Source of the DNA: Paraspadella gotoi
Taxonomy: Eukaryota; Animalia; Chaetognatha
Assembly: GCA_051294375.1 (NCBI GenBank)
Contig: CM119270.1
Location: 6,644,736-6,687,875 of the forward strand
Direction of reading: 5' to 3'
DNA length: 43,140 nucleotides
Part shown: positions 1-14,159 of the stretch, one piece after another
How the letters are laid out: each line of letters opens with the position of its first letter
How positions within the stretch are numbered: position 1 is the stretch's first letter
Notes under the pieces: model-generated
What the model was told of the DNA's origin: nothing
The model's database searches: none
The model's input: only the letters and a program-made list of their open reading frames with translations
Position numbers and translations under genes: made by a program

Positions 1-2095
1 AAAAGTTTCGTTTATTATGTATTGTATCAAACAGGTTAAAAGGCGAGACCGTTAGGCCAAGAAAGAAGAATCGTCCCCTTCCAAATGAAGAGCATACCAA
101 GGAAAGATTGTGATGCCTAACATTGTCATAACAGAAAACAAAGGGAGAGAGAGATGAGAGAAGTGAGAGGAGAGACTGAGAAGAGGAGAGAGCGAGAGGA
201 GAGGAAATAAGAGGAGAGGAGAGAGAGGAGAGAGTAGTGCTGATGGAGACGGAGAATGAGAGGACGAGAGAAGACTTAAAAGGCTACAGGAGAAGAGAAG
301 GGGGATTTTATAATAGACTTCAGTGAAAGTATTGGCGGGGTGAGAGAACTTGTAGGATGGAGAAGAGCCGGAAGAGGAGAAAGGGACGGAAGTTAAATTG
401 TATTTGTCCGCATGCTTTGGAGACTTTAGCTAATCTTTTCATTTCTGTCATCTGTTGGTTGAGTGTGTTTTTTTTTTGGTTTTTCTATTGTAAAAACTCT
501 TGTTGCGCGCTCGAAATTTTGTCCTGTAGTTCCTTTTTTTTACCTTTTTGTTAAAAACTTTTTTCGGTCGTTATGGGTGTCGGTCGTTGCGGAGTTCTGT
601 TCGTCCGTATTTTGCTTAGTACGTTCGTTTTTCTTCTATCATCTGTTCATCAGTTTCATTCGTTCATTTGTTCAATCGTTTCTGTTCGTTCCTTTGCAAA
701 GACTTCTCGACCAGCGGGAGCTGTCGTAAGAGTTGACAGAGACAGAGACAGAGAGAGGAGATTGAGAACCGGGGGGAAAAAAGGAGGCATAAGAAAACCG
801 TCAACAACACGAGATCGAATTCCAAATCCTCATATCTTCTTTTTTGCCTCGTGTCTCTCGCACCCTCGGAGGAAAATGGAAAATGGATGCAAATGGAGGA
901 ATGGTGGAATCGAAAAATGGATGGAAATGGAAATATGGGAATTTGAAATGGGGGGCATAAATGGGATGGTGGAAATATGAGTTATTGACGGGGTGATGGA
1001 ATTTTGAAAGGGAGAAATGGAATTGACGGAAATGGATTGATGGTGATTTTCGATGGACAATAGTCAGGAAATGATGTAATAGTATTTTAAATTGAGAGAG
1101 GCGTTGCCGGAAATCGGGTGATTGAAATAGGTAATGGAGAGGTATGGAAACTGTTGTCGGAAACGTAAAAAGGAGGGGAAATGATGGAATGAAATAGAGA
1201 TAAATGGGGCAGATTAAAATAAACTAGAAAAGGAAAACTTTAAAAAAATGACTAAAGGAATTTAAAATTTTAGAGTAATATTGTGAAGTAGAAGAGGATG
1301 ATATTATAAAAGGGTANNNNNNNNNNNNNNNNNNNNNNNNNNNNNNNNNNNNNNNNNNNNNNNNNNNNNNNNNNNNNNNNNNNNNNNNNNNNNNNNNNNN
1401 NNNNNNNNNNNNNNNNNNNNNNNNNNNNNNNNNNNNNNNNNNNNNNNNNNNNNNNNNNNNNNNNNNNNNNNNNNNNNNNNNNNNNNNNNNNNNNNNNNNN
1501 NNNNNNNNNNNNNNNNNNNNNNNNNNNNNNNNNNNNNNNNNNNNNNNNNNNNNNNNNNNNNNNNNNNNNNNNNNNNNNNNNNNNNNNNNNNNNNNNNNNN
1601 NNNCTCCAGTTATCCACTGCGACCCAAATGTGTTTTGCGTTGAAAGGATTTCGCCTTCAAAATATTTCGATTAACGCGACGGTCAAACTTTGAACTTTGA
1701 CCCTTCTTNNNNNNNNNNNNNNNNNNNNNNNNNNNNNNNNNNNNNNNNNNNNNNNNNNNNNNNNNNNNNNNNNNNNNNNNNNNNNNNNNNNNNNNNNNNN
1801 NNNNNNNNNNNNNNNNNNNNNNNNNNNNNNNNNNNNNNNNNNNNNNNNNNNNNNNNNNNNNNNNNNNNNNNNNNNNNNNNNNNNNNNNNNNNNNNNNNNN
1901 NNNNNNNNNNNNNNNNNNNNNNNNNNNNNNNNNNNNNNNNNNNNNNNNNNNNNNNNNNNNTTCTTTCTTTTTTTCTTTTTTTCTTTCTTTCTTTCTTTCT
2001 ATCTTTTTTTCCTTCTTTCTTTCTATTTTAGTTTTTAAAGCTTCTCGTCGACACTTCTTTGTTCAATCGCCGTTTTTTTGCAAACAAATCATAAA

Positions 2096-2590
2096 TCGTC
2101 GTCGTCGTCATCGTCGTCGTCCTGGTCGTCATCGTCATCGTCGCCGTCCTCGTCGTCGTCGTCGTCTTCGTCGTCGTCGTCAACTCGTCATCATAGGCGT
2201 CGTCGACACAATCACCAATACGTAATCCGTCGTCTTTGTTCTGATGATCGTCGTCATCATAATTGTGAAGCTCATTCAGACTCTTTCACTCTTTTAGCCT
2301 CACGCTCGATGCACGTAGTCATCATTGACGTCATCATCACAATCGTCGTTATCATCGTCGTCGGCGTCGTCATCGTGGTCATCGTCGTCATCGTCGTCAT
2401 TGTCTCTGATGATCGTTTTCATTAATCATAGTTATATATTCATCGTCGTTATCGTCAGTGACTCCGCCGCGGTTTGAAACCATGGTCTCCCTTACCCATC
2501 GTCGTCGTCGTCGTCGTCGTCGTCGCTCTCGTCGTCTTCATCGTCGTCGTGTTCGCCGTCGTCGTCGTCTTCATCGTCGTCGTCGTCGGC
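2096..2590. repeat. Degenerate (GTC/ATC)n trinucleotide tract
   Basis: Visible runs of gtcgtcgtc/atcgtc. Confidence 0.9.
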
Positions 2591-3387
2591 TTCATCCGCT
2601 CCATCTATTCTGACGGCGAAGTAAGTTCATCATCACCACGAAACCCGTTGAGGAATGAGGAGGAGGGGGAGGTGGATGAGGAGGAGGAAGAGGAAGAGGT
2701 GGGGGAGGAGAAGAAGGAGGAAGAGGAGGAGGAGAAAGGAGATTAACCAAAATTAATTTCAAGTTTTAAATCGATTAAATCGATTTACTATGTACTTTCG
2801 ATCAGTGTAATGAATATTGTACTATTTCTGACATAAATATAATGTTAAATCTACTTGTTTATCTAAACGTAAAAAAAAACAAAAAATTACAAATTTACAT
2901 TTAAACCTTTGAAAATTTAATATAATTGTTTAGACGAAATAACAATTTTTTAGTTTTTCACAACGAATTTAACCAGTTAAAGCACTGATGAAGAACGAAA
3001 TGGACGTTCGAAACATGTCTGCTAAGAATAAAAATAAACTAAAAATAAAAATTCGTTGTGAAAAACTAAAAAAATTGTTATTTCGTCTAATCATTCACCA
3101 CCGAAAAGAAAGATTTACAAACAATATAATTGTTATAATAATTAAATTCGTTTTATCGTCTGATGCAATTCTCAGTTTCGCCGTGATGAGATGATGCATG
3201 TTATAAATTGCATCTGCTAAATTGCATCTGCTAAATTGCATCTCCTAAATGGCCTTTATTGCACGACGACTCTCCGATTCCATCGCTGCTATATGAAAGC
3301 CACGCCTCCACGACCGGCGAAGGAGGCGTCGGATGGAGATGGAGTCAACATGGGATCTCATTGTCGACCAGGCCTCAACTTTTTAAA

Positions 3388-3407
3388 CTCTCTCTCTCTC
3401 TCTCTGT

Positions 3408-3458
<51 letters not shown>

Positions 3459-3554
3459 ACTCTCTCTCTCTCATTTCTCTCTCTCCTCTCTCTACTCTCT
3501 CTCCTCTCTCTCTCTCTCTTCCTCTCCTCTCTCTCTCTCTCTCTCTCTTTCTCT
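3388..3554. repeat. (CT)n microsatellite
   Basis: Visible. Similar CT/GA tracts at 4659-5167, 7886-7932, 20533-20612, 24258-24356, 27348-27420, 29014-29060, 31383-31478, 39941-40031, 40805-40877, 41044-41105 and 41215-41298. Confidence 0.95.
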
Positions 3555-4057
3555 GCGTCCTTGACTCCCCTTATCCTATGGTGCTAAGGATTCGGTTTTG
3601 CTCCGAAGGATTTGATTTAATAAAGAAAAAAGTACAGAGAGAACTGGGTACAGGGAAAACGTTGTCGAGACATTAGTTTAGGTTGATTTAGCAGAAAATG
3701 GCGCCCAGAAAACAGCAGTTAAAAAAAAATAAAAGAGACATGAAAATAATACTAAGAAAATTTAAATACATATATATGTATATATGTATATATATGTAGT
3801 ATATAACAGTATGTAAGTATTAACTACCGTATGTATAGTTTCGAAATCTAGCGAAAAAATATCAGTTAAACTAAGAGAAATAAAGAGGCAGCGTGCGAAT
3901 CCTGAAAATTCCAATTGAATTCTTTCCGTCGCAATAAAATAATTTGATTTATTTTTAGAAAGCCTATTGGATTATCCTTGAGGGGTTAATCGCCACAGCT
4001 CCTTTTTATTAACAAATTTAATTTTGATTGAAAAGTCAAGATTGACAGAAAGAATAA

Positions 4058-4088
4058 AAAGAAAGAAAGAAAAAAAAAGAAAGAAATA

Positions 4089-4160
<72 letters not shown>
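4058..4160. repeat. (GAAA)n microsatellite
   Basis: Visible tandem run. Confidence 0.95.
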
Positions 4161-4708
4161 ACGAAAGTGAAAGCTGGAGTTCAGAGTCACGGCCGAAGGG
4201 CAGAGAATAAAAGATAAGGAGTCCATAAAAATTGAGTAAAAAGAAAAGTATGAGAAAAATAACGTGGAAGCAAAGGAGGAAAGAAAGAAAAAGTATGAGG
4301 AAAATAACGTAGAGGAAAAGGAGGAAAGAAAGAAAAAGTGAAGGAAAACGAGGAGAGTGAAACAGAAAAATGGGGAAAAGAAAAAAGACTATAAAATTTG
4401 AAAATTGTTGAAACTTGAAAAGAGAGGAGAATTGCAAAAAAAGACATTAACCTATGGCTAATACAAAGTGGAGAAAAAAGAAGAAAAACAAGAAAAAATG
4501 TAAAGATAAAAATAAAAAAAAGAGAGAATATAAAAGAGAAAAAAGAAAAAAGAGAGGAATGGGTAAAGTGGAGTCCATCAACGACGGAAGAAAATGGGGG
4601 GAAAATCTTGGAAGATGCTGTTAAACTTGAAGCAAATCTCTGGCGGTTGTAAAAACTTTCTCTCTCTCTCTCTCTCTCTNNNNNNNNNNNNNNNNNNNNN
4701 NNNNCTCA

Positions 4709-4797
<89 letters not shown>

Positions 4798-7700
4798 CTC
4801 TCTCTCTCTCTCTCCTCCCTCTCTTTCTCTCTCTCTGCTTTTTTATCTCTCTTTCTTCCTCCTCCTTTGTACGGGCATGAGAGCGAGTTTTTGATAGGGA
4901 GCTTTGGCAGGCGAGTTGTCCAATGGATAGGATTTCAGTAAATGCGCGTTTCACTCTACTACCATTCCTGTCTCTACTCCTTCTCTCTCTCTCTCTACTC
5001 TCTTCTCTTCTCTCTCTCTCTCTCTTTCCTCTCTCCTCTCTCCCTCTCTCTTCTCTCTCTTCTCTCTCTCTCTTCTCTCTCCTCTCCTCCTCTCTCTTCA
5101 TCTCTCTCTCTTCTCTTCTCTCTCTCTCTCTCTCTTCTCTTTCTCTCTCTCTCTCTTTCTCTCTCTCAGTTTCCTCCCCGACGCTTGTTACGAGTCGGAA
5201 AAAAAAAGTAAAAAAAATAGATCGTACTTTTGAACGTCAGAGCGGACGAGAGATGAGAGAGAAAAAGAATGAGAAACAAAATAGAGAAAGAAAAAACAGA
5301 GATTAAGAGATTAGCCGGGAGCTATAAACGGAACATGAGTCCGTTTTTTTTTTTATTCGACTCTGCTCTCTATCTCCACTCTTCGAATTTTTTTCTTCAT
5401 CGGCAATGAAGCCACTCGCTATTCTCCGATTCCCATTCGTTTTTAGTGTCTCCTTCCGAATGGAATTTCCGCGCAAACAACCCGTCGTCGTCGGACAGTC
5501 GTCGTCGTTCGTCGTCGTCGTCGCGTCGTGGTCGTCGTCGTCGTCGTCGTCGTCACGTCGTCAATGAGAAACCGACAATTTTCCCTTGTGAGGCCAAAAC
5601 AACGAATCTCGCCCGTCGGAGTCCCGCGAACGGCGCGACGACAGGGAGATGAGGGGGAGGGGGAGGGGGGGGAGGTAGGCAGGGGAGTGGGGTGGCTGAC
5701 GCGAGTGAAGAGACAGCGTGGTGGGTAACGTAGTATGTCATGGTTGCAAAAAAAAAGAAACACGCACACTTATATATCCAACTTTACAATAAATTCAATC
5801 TGAATATTTATGTTTTAAGTAAATTAAAATATAGTAAAAAAAAAGGTACGGGCATAAATTTATCAAAATCGAGCTATATTCAAAGTTGGCGAGCGTGTGA
5901 TTTTTTTAATAGAACTACTCCACAAGACTTAAACGTTCAAGAAAATTTTATTTATTAATACTAACTTTTTTATTGACTTATGTGGGATCGCATCCCACAG
6001 ATATTTTATTTTAAGAGTTGTAAGACGTGTGGCATCAACATTTGGTGAAACGAGTTATCATAACCGTGTTTTTTTTTTTTTTCTTTTTTTTTGGTCCGAG
6101 GTGTAGTGGGAGACTGAGTGAAAGATATTGGCCGGGGAATGATGGAGGAGGGGAGAAAGGAGCGGGGGTATTGTTTTATAATGGGTAAGGGTGTGGAGGG
6201 CAGAAGGGGGTGGTGGAGAGGGATAAGACGATGAGTGAGGGAACGCAGAAGAGTGAGGACCGCTCAGATGAGAAGAGGGGGTTGGAGAAGGAGTGATAAC
6301 AAGAAGAGGTGACCAGAAAAGTTGGACGGAAGAGGAGCGGAAAGATGATCGAGGAAGAGCGTGGTTCGAGGGAAGATGATGGACGAGAATGAAGGGAGAC
6401 CAGGAAGAGGTGGAATGAAAAGAGAGAAACCAAGAAAGAGTGGAAGAGAAGGATGAGGAAGAGATAGAATGAGGAGAGGGGAGCGAGGAAGAGCATGAAC
6501 GGAGGAACAAAAATGAGGAAAACGAGAAAGGAAACGAGGGATAAAAGCGAGAACGGAAAAAGAGGAACGGAATAAGGTAGACTTAGAAAAGGGGGACAAG
6601 GAAAAACTGGATGAGAATCTCTCTCTCTAAGAGGAAGATGAGGAAGAGATAGATGAGGAAGAGGGGAACGAGGAAGAGGAGGAAGAGGACAACGAGGAAG
6701 AGGAAAACGAGGAAAAGGAGAACGAAGAAGAGGAGAACGAGAATAAGGTAGACGAGAAAAAGGGGGAAAAGGAAAAATGGGATGAGGAGGAGAGGGACGA
6801 GGAAGAGACGGACGAGGAAGAGATGGAGGAAGGGTTGGGGATTGAGCGATGGTGAAGTAAAAGAGGAGGAGAAAGAGGAATCGGGAAGGTGAGGGACAAT
6901 TGAGCGAGAGACCGGGGTCATGACGGAGGTGTGGTAAATCTGAGGAGTGGCAGGCAGTGAGGCAGTGAGGCTGTTGTTGAGACGGATAAGGAACGTGTTC
7001 GGAGGAGGAGCTAAGTGGAGGAGCTATGTGGAGGAGCTATGTTGTGGAGCTCTTTAGGAATGACGATGCCTTAAGTTCCCTCATGTATAATTAAATTTAA
7101 TTGAAAATATGCTAATTCGATCTTTTTATGAGAATTGAAATTTAAAACTGAATTGAAACGAAAGAAAACGATTGAAATAGATATGCATTAAATTTAATTC
7201 GTTCGTTTGTTTACATAACAAAAATTCAAATGTATTTTTTTAAGTATTTGAAAGAAATTCTTTTTTTTTCATTTTATCTGTGATTTGAATTTTGATTCAA
7301 CTGGAGATAGACTTTTGGGAGTTAAGAGTAAAAAGTAAATGGAATTTCAATTTTATGCTCCTNNNNNNNNNNNNNNNNNNNNNNNNNNNNNNNNNNNNNN
7401 NNNNNNNNNNNNNNNNNNNNNNNNNNNNNNNNNNNNNNNNNNNNNNNNNNNNNNNNNNNNNNNNNNNNNNNNNNNNNNNNNNNNNNNNNNNNNNNNNNNN
7501 NNNNNNNNNNNNNNNNNNNNNNNNNNNNNNNNNNNNNNNNNNNNNNNNNNNNNNNNNNNNNNNNNNNNGAAAACCAAACAAGCATTTTAAGAAAGCCTGC
7601 AATTTGCTAATGCAAACGCCGAGGGAAACAAAAGACCAAGCCACGATTCCAAGGCATATCACTACAATTGGCGTCATTCTATTGAGAAAGATTGCAACTG

Positions 7701-7883
7701 TTGTTTTTGAACTTGAACAAATCCAAAATGGCGGATCCGCCTACGAAAAAAAAAAATCTCGAAAGAAAATTGAAGATCAAAAAATACAAATTTTAAAAAA
7801 AAAGAAAAAAAGAGATTCTAAAGATCAAAGTGGAAACCCATGTTTTTCCGAGTTTTATGAGCACCAAATCACGTGCGCCCTCT

Positions 7884-7937
<54 letters not shown>

Positions 7938-9899
7938 GTCCTCTTTCTATCTTTTCGGAATCAGCGAAGCGGTAAAATTTTTTTCATTTACTAATTTAAA
8001 ATTTATATCGTTATGGAAAGCTTTTAAAAACTTAATAAAATCTGGCCGTTTCTATGGTGAAGCGTCTTTGTGGAAAAGTTTAATCACAAGCTTCACCGAG
8101 CACCGGGCAACTGGGCGACTTTTCACTTTGGCATCCACAAATATTCAAAATTATTATTCTTTTTTTTTTTTTGAACAGGTTTGGTCAAATATAAATATTA
8201 CCCTGGATGAGTTTCTTCGTTTTTCTTACTTTTTCATTTCAACAATTTGATGACATCAAATTTAAAATTCGCGAGTCACACGTCACAAGAGAGAATCCAC
8301 TCGTTTGTCTTTCCCGCTTGAACAACGGGATAAGATAGAAATGTTCTTCATTAGCCTAACCAAAGATAGGTTATTTATCGAATGAAGGGATAATAATTTT
8401 TTTTATCAGTTGTACGGATTGATCATGTAGCTTGTCTCGCTTGTCTCTTTTGGCTTTTCTGCGCTTTTCTTCTCGCTCGACCAATCAGAGAGGTGGTTTC
8501 CCTCACGGGATCGACGGGAGAGAGATGAGAAAAGAATCGAGGCAATTTTCAACTTACTTCAACTTCAACTTCAACTTACTTCAACTGAAATCATTTACTT
8601 TATATTTTTTAACCATATTTTTAATCATCATAATCTCCCTCAATTATTATTATCTTCTCCTTTATTTGTGTAATTAAAACTCTTCTAAAATATTCGTAAT
8701 AAACCACGCCTAATTCCTTCATTGGTACGTACAAATTTCATAAAATGTAATTAAAAACACATCCATTACAACTAGCAATACTTTCAATACTTTTACCTTT
8801 TCCCAGTTGCATGTTCAATTTTTGAACTGTTCAAACGTTGCTTATCATTTCTCAGTGATTATTTTTCAATTTTCATTTCACAATGTCCTTACCTCATTCT
8901 CTTCACCGTCGAATCCTTCTCGTCTCACATCTCATCCCTCTCACATTCTCCTCTCAAATTTTTTTTTCTCACCCTTCGATCTCCTCGATCGAAGTGAAAG
9001 GATTTCNNNNNNNNNNNNNNNNNNNNNNNNNNNNNNNNNNNNNNNNNNNNNNNNNNNNNNNNNNNNNNNNNNNNNNNNNNNNNNNNNNNNNNNNNNNNNN
9101 NNNNNNNNNNNNNNNNNNNNNNNNNNNNNNNNNNNNNNNNNNNNNNNNNNNNNNNNNNNNNNNNNNNNNNNNNNNNNNNNNNNNNNNNNNNNNNNNNNNN
9201 NNNNNNNNNNNNNNNNTCGCGTCGTCTCGGGATTCGGAGTCTTTCATGGAGAAAAATGATTGAGTCTATGGAGACAGTAGCACCTCTGAAGAATTCGTTT
9301 GAAAAGGAAATGGGATTAACATGAAGTGAATAATGGAAGAGGAGGAGGAGGAGGAGGAGGAGGAGGGAGGAAGGGGGCTGGCCGACGTCCGTGTTGAGAA
9401 CCAAAGAGGGAAACCCTAGGAGGTTTGTTGTTTTTTTTGGTTTTTTTTTCGATAGAGAAAAATGAGAAATTCCGCGGGTTCGTTGTTGATGTTGTTGTTT
9501 GATTTTGATGGACGTACGAGGACGGACGGACGGACGAGNNNNNNNNNNNNNNNNNNNNNNNNNNNNNNNNNNNNNNNNNNNNNNNNNNNNNNNNNNNNNN
9601 NNNNNNNNNNNNNNNNNNNNNNNNNNNNNNNNNNNNNNNNNNNNNNNNNNNNNNNNNNNNNNNNNNNNNNNNNNNNNNNNNNNNNNNNNNNNNNNNNNNN
9701 NNNNNNNNNNNNNNNNNNNNNNNNNNNNNNNNNNNNNNNNNNNNNNNNNNNNNNNNNNNNNNNNNNNNNNNNNNNNNNNNNNNNNNNNAGAGAGAGAGGT
9801 GGGGGAAGAAATGGAGGGATTGGTGAAAGCATAAAAACGAAGGAAGGAGGAAGGATTTAGGACGGGATTAAAACTGAGGGAAAGGGGATTAGTAGGAAA

Positions 9900-10235
9900 T
9901 GAAGGAGGAAATGGTAAGGTGGAAATGGTAAGGGGGAAATGGTATGGTGGAAATGGTGAGGTGGAAATGGTGAGGTGGAAATGGTAAGGTGGAAATTGTA
10001 AGGGGGAAATAGTATGGTGGAAATGATACGGTGTTAATGGTAAGGTGGAAATGGTGTGGTGGAAATAGTGAGGTGGAAATGGTAAGTTTGAAATGGCGAG
10101 GTGGAAATGATAGGGTGAAAATGGTATGGTGGAAATGGTATGGTGGAAATGATACGGTGGAAATGGTAAAATGAAAATGGTGAGGTAGAAATGGTATGGT
10201 AGAAATGGAAAGGTGGAAATTGTAAGGTGGAAATA
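9900..10235 (+). repeat. 14-bp minisatellite (GGTGGAAATGGTRW)n
   Basis: More than 20 diverged tandem units; second copy at ~12050-12420. Confidence 0.9.
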
Positions 10236-11674
10236 GAAATTTAGATAGAAATAAAAAGAGAAGTAGGGGGGAGGGAAGTGGAGGACGAGTGAAGGAAGAA
10301 AGAAAAGTAGAGCAAACTGCAAAGTAAAATACTAATGCCAATGTTTTTGTAAAAGCGACTTTGATTAAAAAACTGGCACTAATTATTATACGAACCGCAA
10401 TTTTTATTATTTAAAATTTATATTAGAAAAGCCTAATGAAAAAGTTAACTATGAAACTCTAATATCACAACGATACAATAAAAAGATAGATTAAAAAAAA
10501 AGAAAGAAAAAAACACTTTTAAAGGTTAAAATTGGAGAAAAAGTGTAGAAAGAAGAAATGAAGAGGAAAGGGAGATTAAAAGGATAAAAAAAGAATTTGA
10601 GGAGACGAGAGAGAAAGATGAAAGAGTTAGGGAGATTAAAGGATTGAATGAGTTCGTCTAAAGAGGCGGGGAGAGAATGCTTGTGATGCTTGTCAGTTGT
10701 TGACACTTGTTAATGCTTTCCGAATAGTTGATACCGGCTATCAGTGGCGGTACACAATTAAAAATTTCAGCGAGGAGAAAAAGAAATTTCTTCCGACAAT
10801 TTGCAATATATGTTAACTTTACGATTGAAGGAAATGAGTCTAGCAACGGTTAAGGCTCCGAAAGCAAACAAGCGAGCAAGAAAACTTGCAATCGCTTCTG
10901 CAAACTCCCTTCCCTCAGCGACGCCTCTCAACGGGTGAACCTTATCTCCGGTTTTCCTCCCCGATTCATGAATTTAAAACTTTTTTAACCACTCTCTCTC
11001 TTTTTTTTAGATCCCTCGTCCACTCCCCATCGCTCGTCTCTTCTGAAGTAACGCAATCTTTTTGCTTTTAAAATTTCCAAAAGCAAAAAGAATAAAGTAA
11101 ATTCCTCCGGCAGCGTCGGGGAGAGATGACAGGAGAGAGAGCGAATGCTGTGACAAAAACGCAAGAAGAGCTACGAGATGAATGGTAGGTGCAACAACTG
11201 GAAAAGAATGGAAGAGAAAAGGGCAGTGAGAGAGGAGTAAGGAGAGAGTAGAGAGTAGATCGATCGGAGAGAGAGAGAGAGAGAGAGACGGCGAGAGAGA
11301 GAGCGAGAGAGGTAGAGAGAGAGGAGAGAGAGAGAGAGAGACGAGGCTATTTCTANNNNNNNNNNNNNNNNNNNNNNNNNGAGAGAGAGAGAGTATCGGT
11401 ACCGCATAAAAAGTCAGAGCCCGCTGAAATTTTAGTTTCTTTACATTCATTTAAAATGCAATGAAAAACATCGGTTTTTTTAAAAGAGATTAAACCAAAT
11501 AGAAATTTGTAATTTTGTAAAGATATCGGTATTTTTTTTAGAAACTTCCATACGTGTAAGTGTGTGTAAGTTTGAAAAGTTTCTTAAATATATAGTGTGC
11601 TCAAGCGATGAACATGCATAGAAAAGAATAGGAGATTTCACGGTTTCGCTCCGTTCACGACAGACGTTGGCTGC

Positions 11675-11699
11675 NNNNNNNNNNNNNNNNNNNNNNNNN
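11675..11699. other. 25-N assembly gap (also at 4680-4704, 11356-11380 and 25974-25998)
   Basis: Identical 25-N length, typical of the placeholder left by long-read gap fillers such as PBJelly when a gap is overfilled. Confidence 0.85.
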
Positions 11700-14159
11700 T
11701 AAGAAGAGAAAGAAGAGAGAGATGGTGGGAGGAGGGAGAGAGCGAGGAGGAAGAGAATCTAGGGAGAGAGAGAGAGAGAGAGGAGAGAGGAGAGGAGGAG
11801 GGAGGAGAAGAGAGGGTAAGAGAGAGAGGAGTGGAGAGGAGAAAGAGGAGGGAGACAGATGGATTGAGAGAGAGAGACAAGAGAGAGAGAGAGAGAGCAC
11901 TATGAGAGAGGAGAGGTGGGTGTAGTAGAAATGGCAGCGAGTTGGTGAACGAGCTATAAAAGCGAAGGAAGGAGAGCGAAGGCTTTAAGGACGGGGCGAG
12001 ATTAGCTAAAGAGGCATGAGGAGGAACTAAGGGATTAGATATGGAGAAATGAAGGAGGAAATGGTAGGTGGAAATGGGTAAGGGTGGAAATGGTATGGAT
12101 GGAAATGGTGAGGTGGAAATGGTAGGGGAAAGTGGGAGAGGAAATGGTGAGGTGGAATATGTAAGGGGGGTCAAATTATGTATGGCATGGGCAATGATAC
12201 GGTTTAGGCGCATTGTGAAAGTGGAATGGAGTGGTGGAGAATGCTGAGGGTGGAATGGAGTGGAGTACGGCTAATTGTCGATGGGTGGTGGAAAATGCAA
12301 GTTTGGGAAATGGTATGGTGGAAATGGTAATGGTGAGAAATGATCGGTGGAAATGGTAAAATGGAAAAATGGTGAGGTAGAAATGGTATGGATAGAAATG
12401 GAAACGGTGGAAATGTAAGTGTGAAGATGTGACAGACAAATTTTAGATAGTAATAAAAAGAGAAATAGAGGGGAGGGAAGTCCGAGTGGAGGACAGGAGG
12501 TGAAGGGAAGAAAAGAAAAAGATAGAGCAGACTGCAAAATAAAATAACTAATGCTAAATGGTTAGTGAAAGAAAGCGACTTGAATGAAAAAACTAGGACA
12601 CATTAATTATTGATCGAAACGAACCGCAATTTTTATTGATTTTAAGCAATTAGAAGCTAATACTACATAGGAAAAAGTACTAAAAGTTCAACTTAAACGG
12701 AAACTTAACTAAAGAATGATACAAGATGAAAAAAAAAATATGATAAAGAAAAGAGCACAGAAGAACGTGGAATTGTAGAAGGTTAAATTGGATAGGAAGA
12801 CGAGTGTAGATAAAAGAAGAAATAGATAGCAGGGAAAGGAGGAGTTAAAAGGATAAAAAAAAAATTAGGCAAGAGACACGAGGAGAGAGGAAACTGGAAT
12901 GAAAGAGTTAGGAGAGATTTAAAGGACTTGCAATGAGTTCGTAGAAAGAGGCGGGGAAGAATGCTTGTGATGCTTGTCAGTTGTGACCACTTGTTAATGA
13001 GCTTTCGAATAGTGATTAACCGGCCTCGTAATCAGTTGGCGTACAACAATATAAAATTTCAGCGATGAGAAAGAAAGAAAATTTGTTCGCGCACCAATTT
13101 GTCAAATAAGGTATGTGTAAATTTACGATTGAAGGAATAGAGTCGTAGCAACGAGTTAAAGGCTCCGAAGCAGACGAGCGAGCAAGAAAATTGCAACTCG
13201 CTGACATTGCAAATCCTTCCCCTCAGCAGACGCCTCTCAACGGGTGAAGTGATCCTATCTATCCGGTGTTTCCTCCCGATGTCATGAATCTTTTGAAAGA
13301 CTTTTTTAACCCAACTCTCTCTCTTTTTTTAGAAATAGCTCTCTCGATCTCTTCTCTCTCTTCTCTCTCTCTCTCTCTTCTCTCTCCGTCATCTCTCTCT
13401 CATCCGTTCTCTCTCTCTCTCTCTCTTTGTTCCTGTCTCGGACCTCGGTACTTCCTGCTTTCCTTTTCTCTCCGATTCTTCGCCTCCAAGTTACCGCCCT
13501 TCTTAACTTTGTCCCATCTCTCTCTCTGGTACTCGTACCCCGCCTAAAGACGGAGGTAATATTTTACTTTTTTTATGCATTTTGAACAAATGTTTAAAAG
13601 CACGAAAATAGAATTTGCGGATTGAACATGGAAGAGAAGCGGGAGGAATGGGGAGTGGAAGGACGGGGAACAACAATACGAACACAAAAGAACAGAAGAA
13701 GAGAGAGAGAGAGACGAGACGAAGAGAGAGAGAGACGAGAGAGAGACGAGATCGAGAGAGAAGACGAGAGAGAGAGGGAGAGTCAGGGGTAACGCTACGA
13801 GGATAAGTCACAGCCCGCTGAAATTTTAAGTCTTTCTAGTCTTTTAGCATTGCCTTTAAAAATGCAATGAAACAAGATGGCGGTTGGGAGTTTTTTTAAA
13901 GAGATTAAACGAAATAGAATATAGATAAGATAGTAATATAACAGATTGTAAAGCAGTAGGTGCGCGGGTGATGGTTCAGGGGAATAGGGGTAAATATATG
14001 ATTAATTTTTAGAAAGAAACAAATTCCATAAAGCGACCGTTATTGTAAGTGTGTGCTAAGTTTAGAAAAGTTCTTAACATATAGGGTAGTGTGGGTGCTC
14101 AAACGGCGATGAAAGGGCATGGGCATAGAGGAGGGAAAGAGAGATATGGGGAGATTGGT

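Larger units (their letters stand above)
9789..14159 (+). repeat. Duplicated block: ~9789-11638 repeated as a noisy copy at ~11900-14159
   Basis: Colinear matches with many small insertions in copy 2, e.g. gaatgcttgtgatgcttgtcagttgt at ~10675 and ~12959, and gcccgctgaaatttt at ~11418 and ~13813. The copies are separated by a 25-N gap. Confidence 0.9.

Noticed and set aside
5981-5999. Hairpin TGTGGGAT-CGC-ATCCCACA
   Set aside because: An 8-bp stem with no supporting context; compatible with chance.
2078-6921. Poly-S/V/R/E and LSLS/ERER ORFs
   Set aside because: These are translations of (GTC)n, (CT)n and purine-rich tracts that are open in several frames.
7570-8140. Possible exons (7570-7741 minus; 8040-8140)
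   Set aside because: Complex sequence with a plausible acceptor, but it is truncated by a gap and has no recognisable motif or consistent frame.
8925-10322. Longest ORF in the track (465 aa, minus strand)
   Set aside because: It consists of a 14-bp minisatellite and two N-gaps, with no protein-like complexity.
11700-14159. Genuine diverged segmental duplication
   Set aside because: Differences are dominated by 1-3-bp insertions and the block abuts a 25-N gap, which better fits an unpolished long read of the other haplotype. Not formally excluded.
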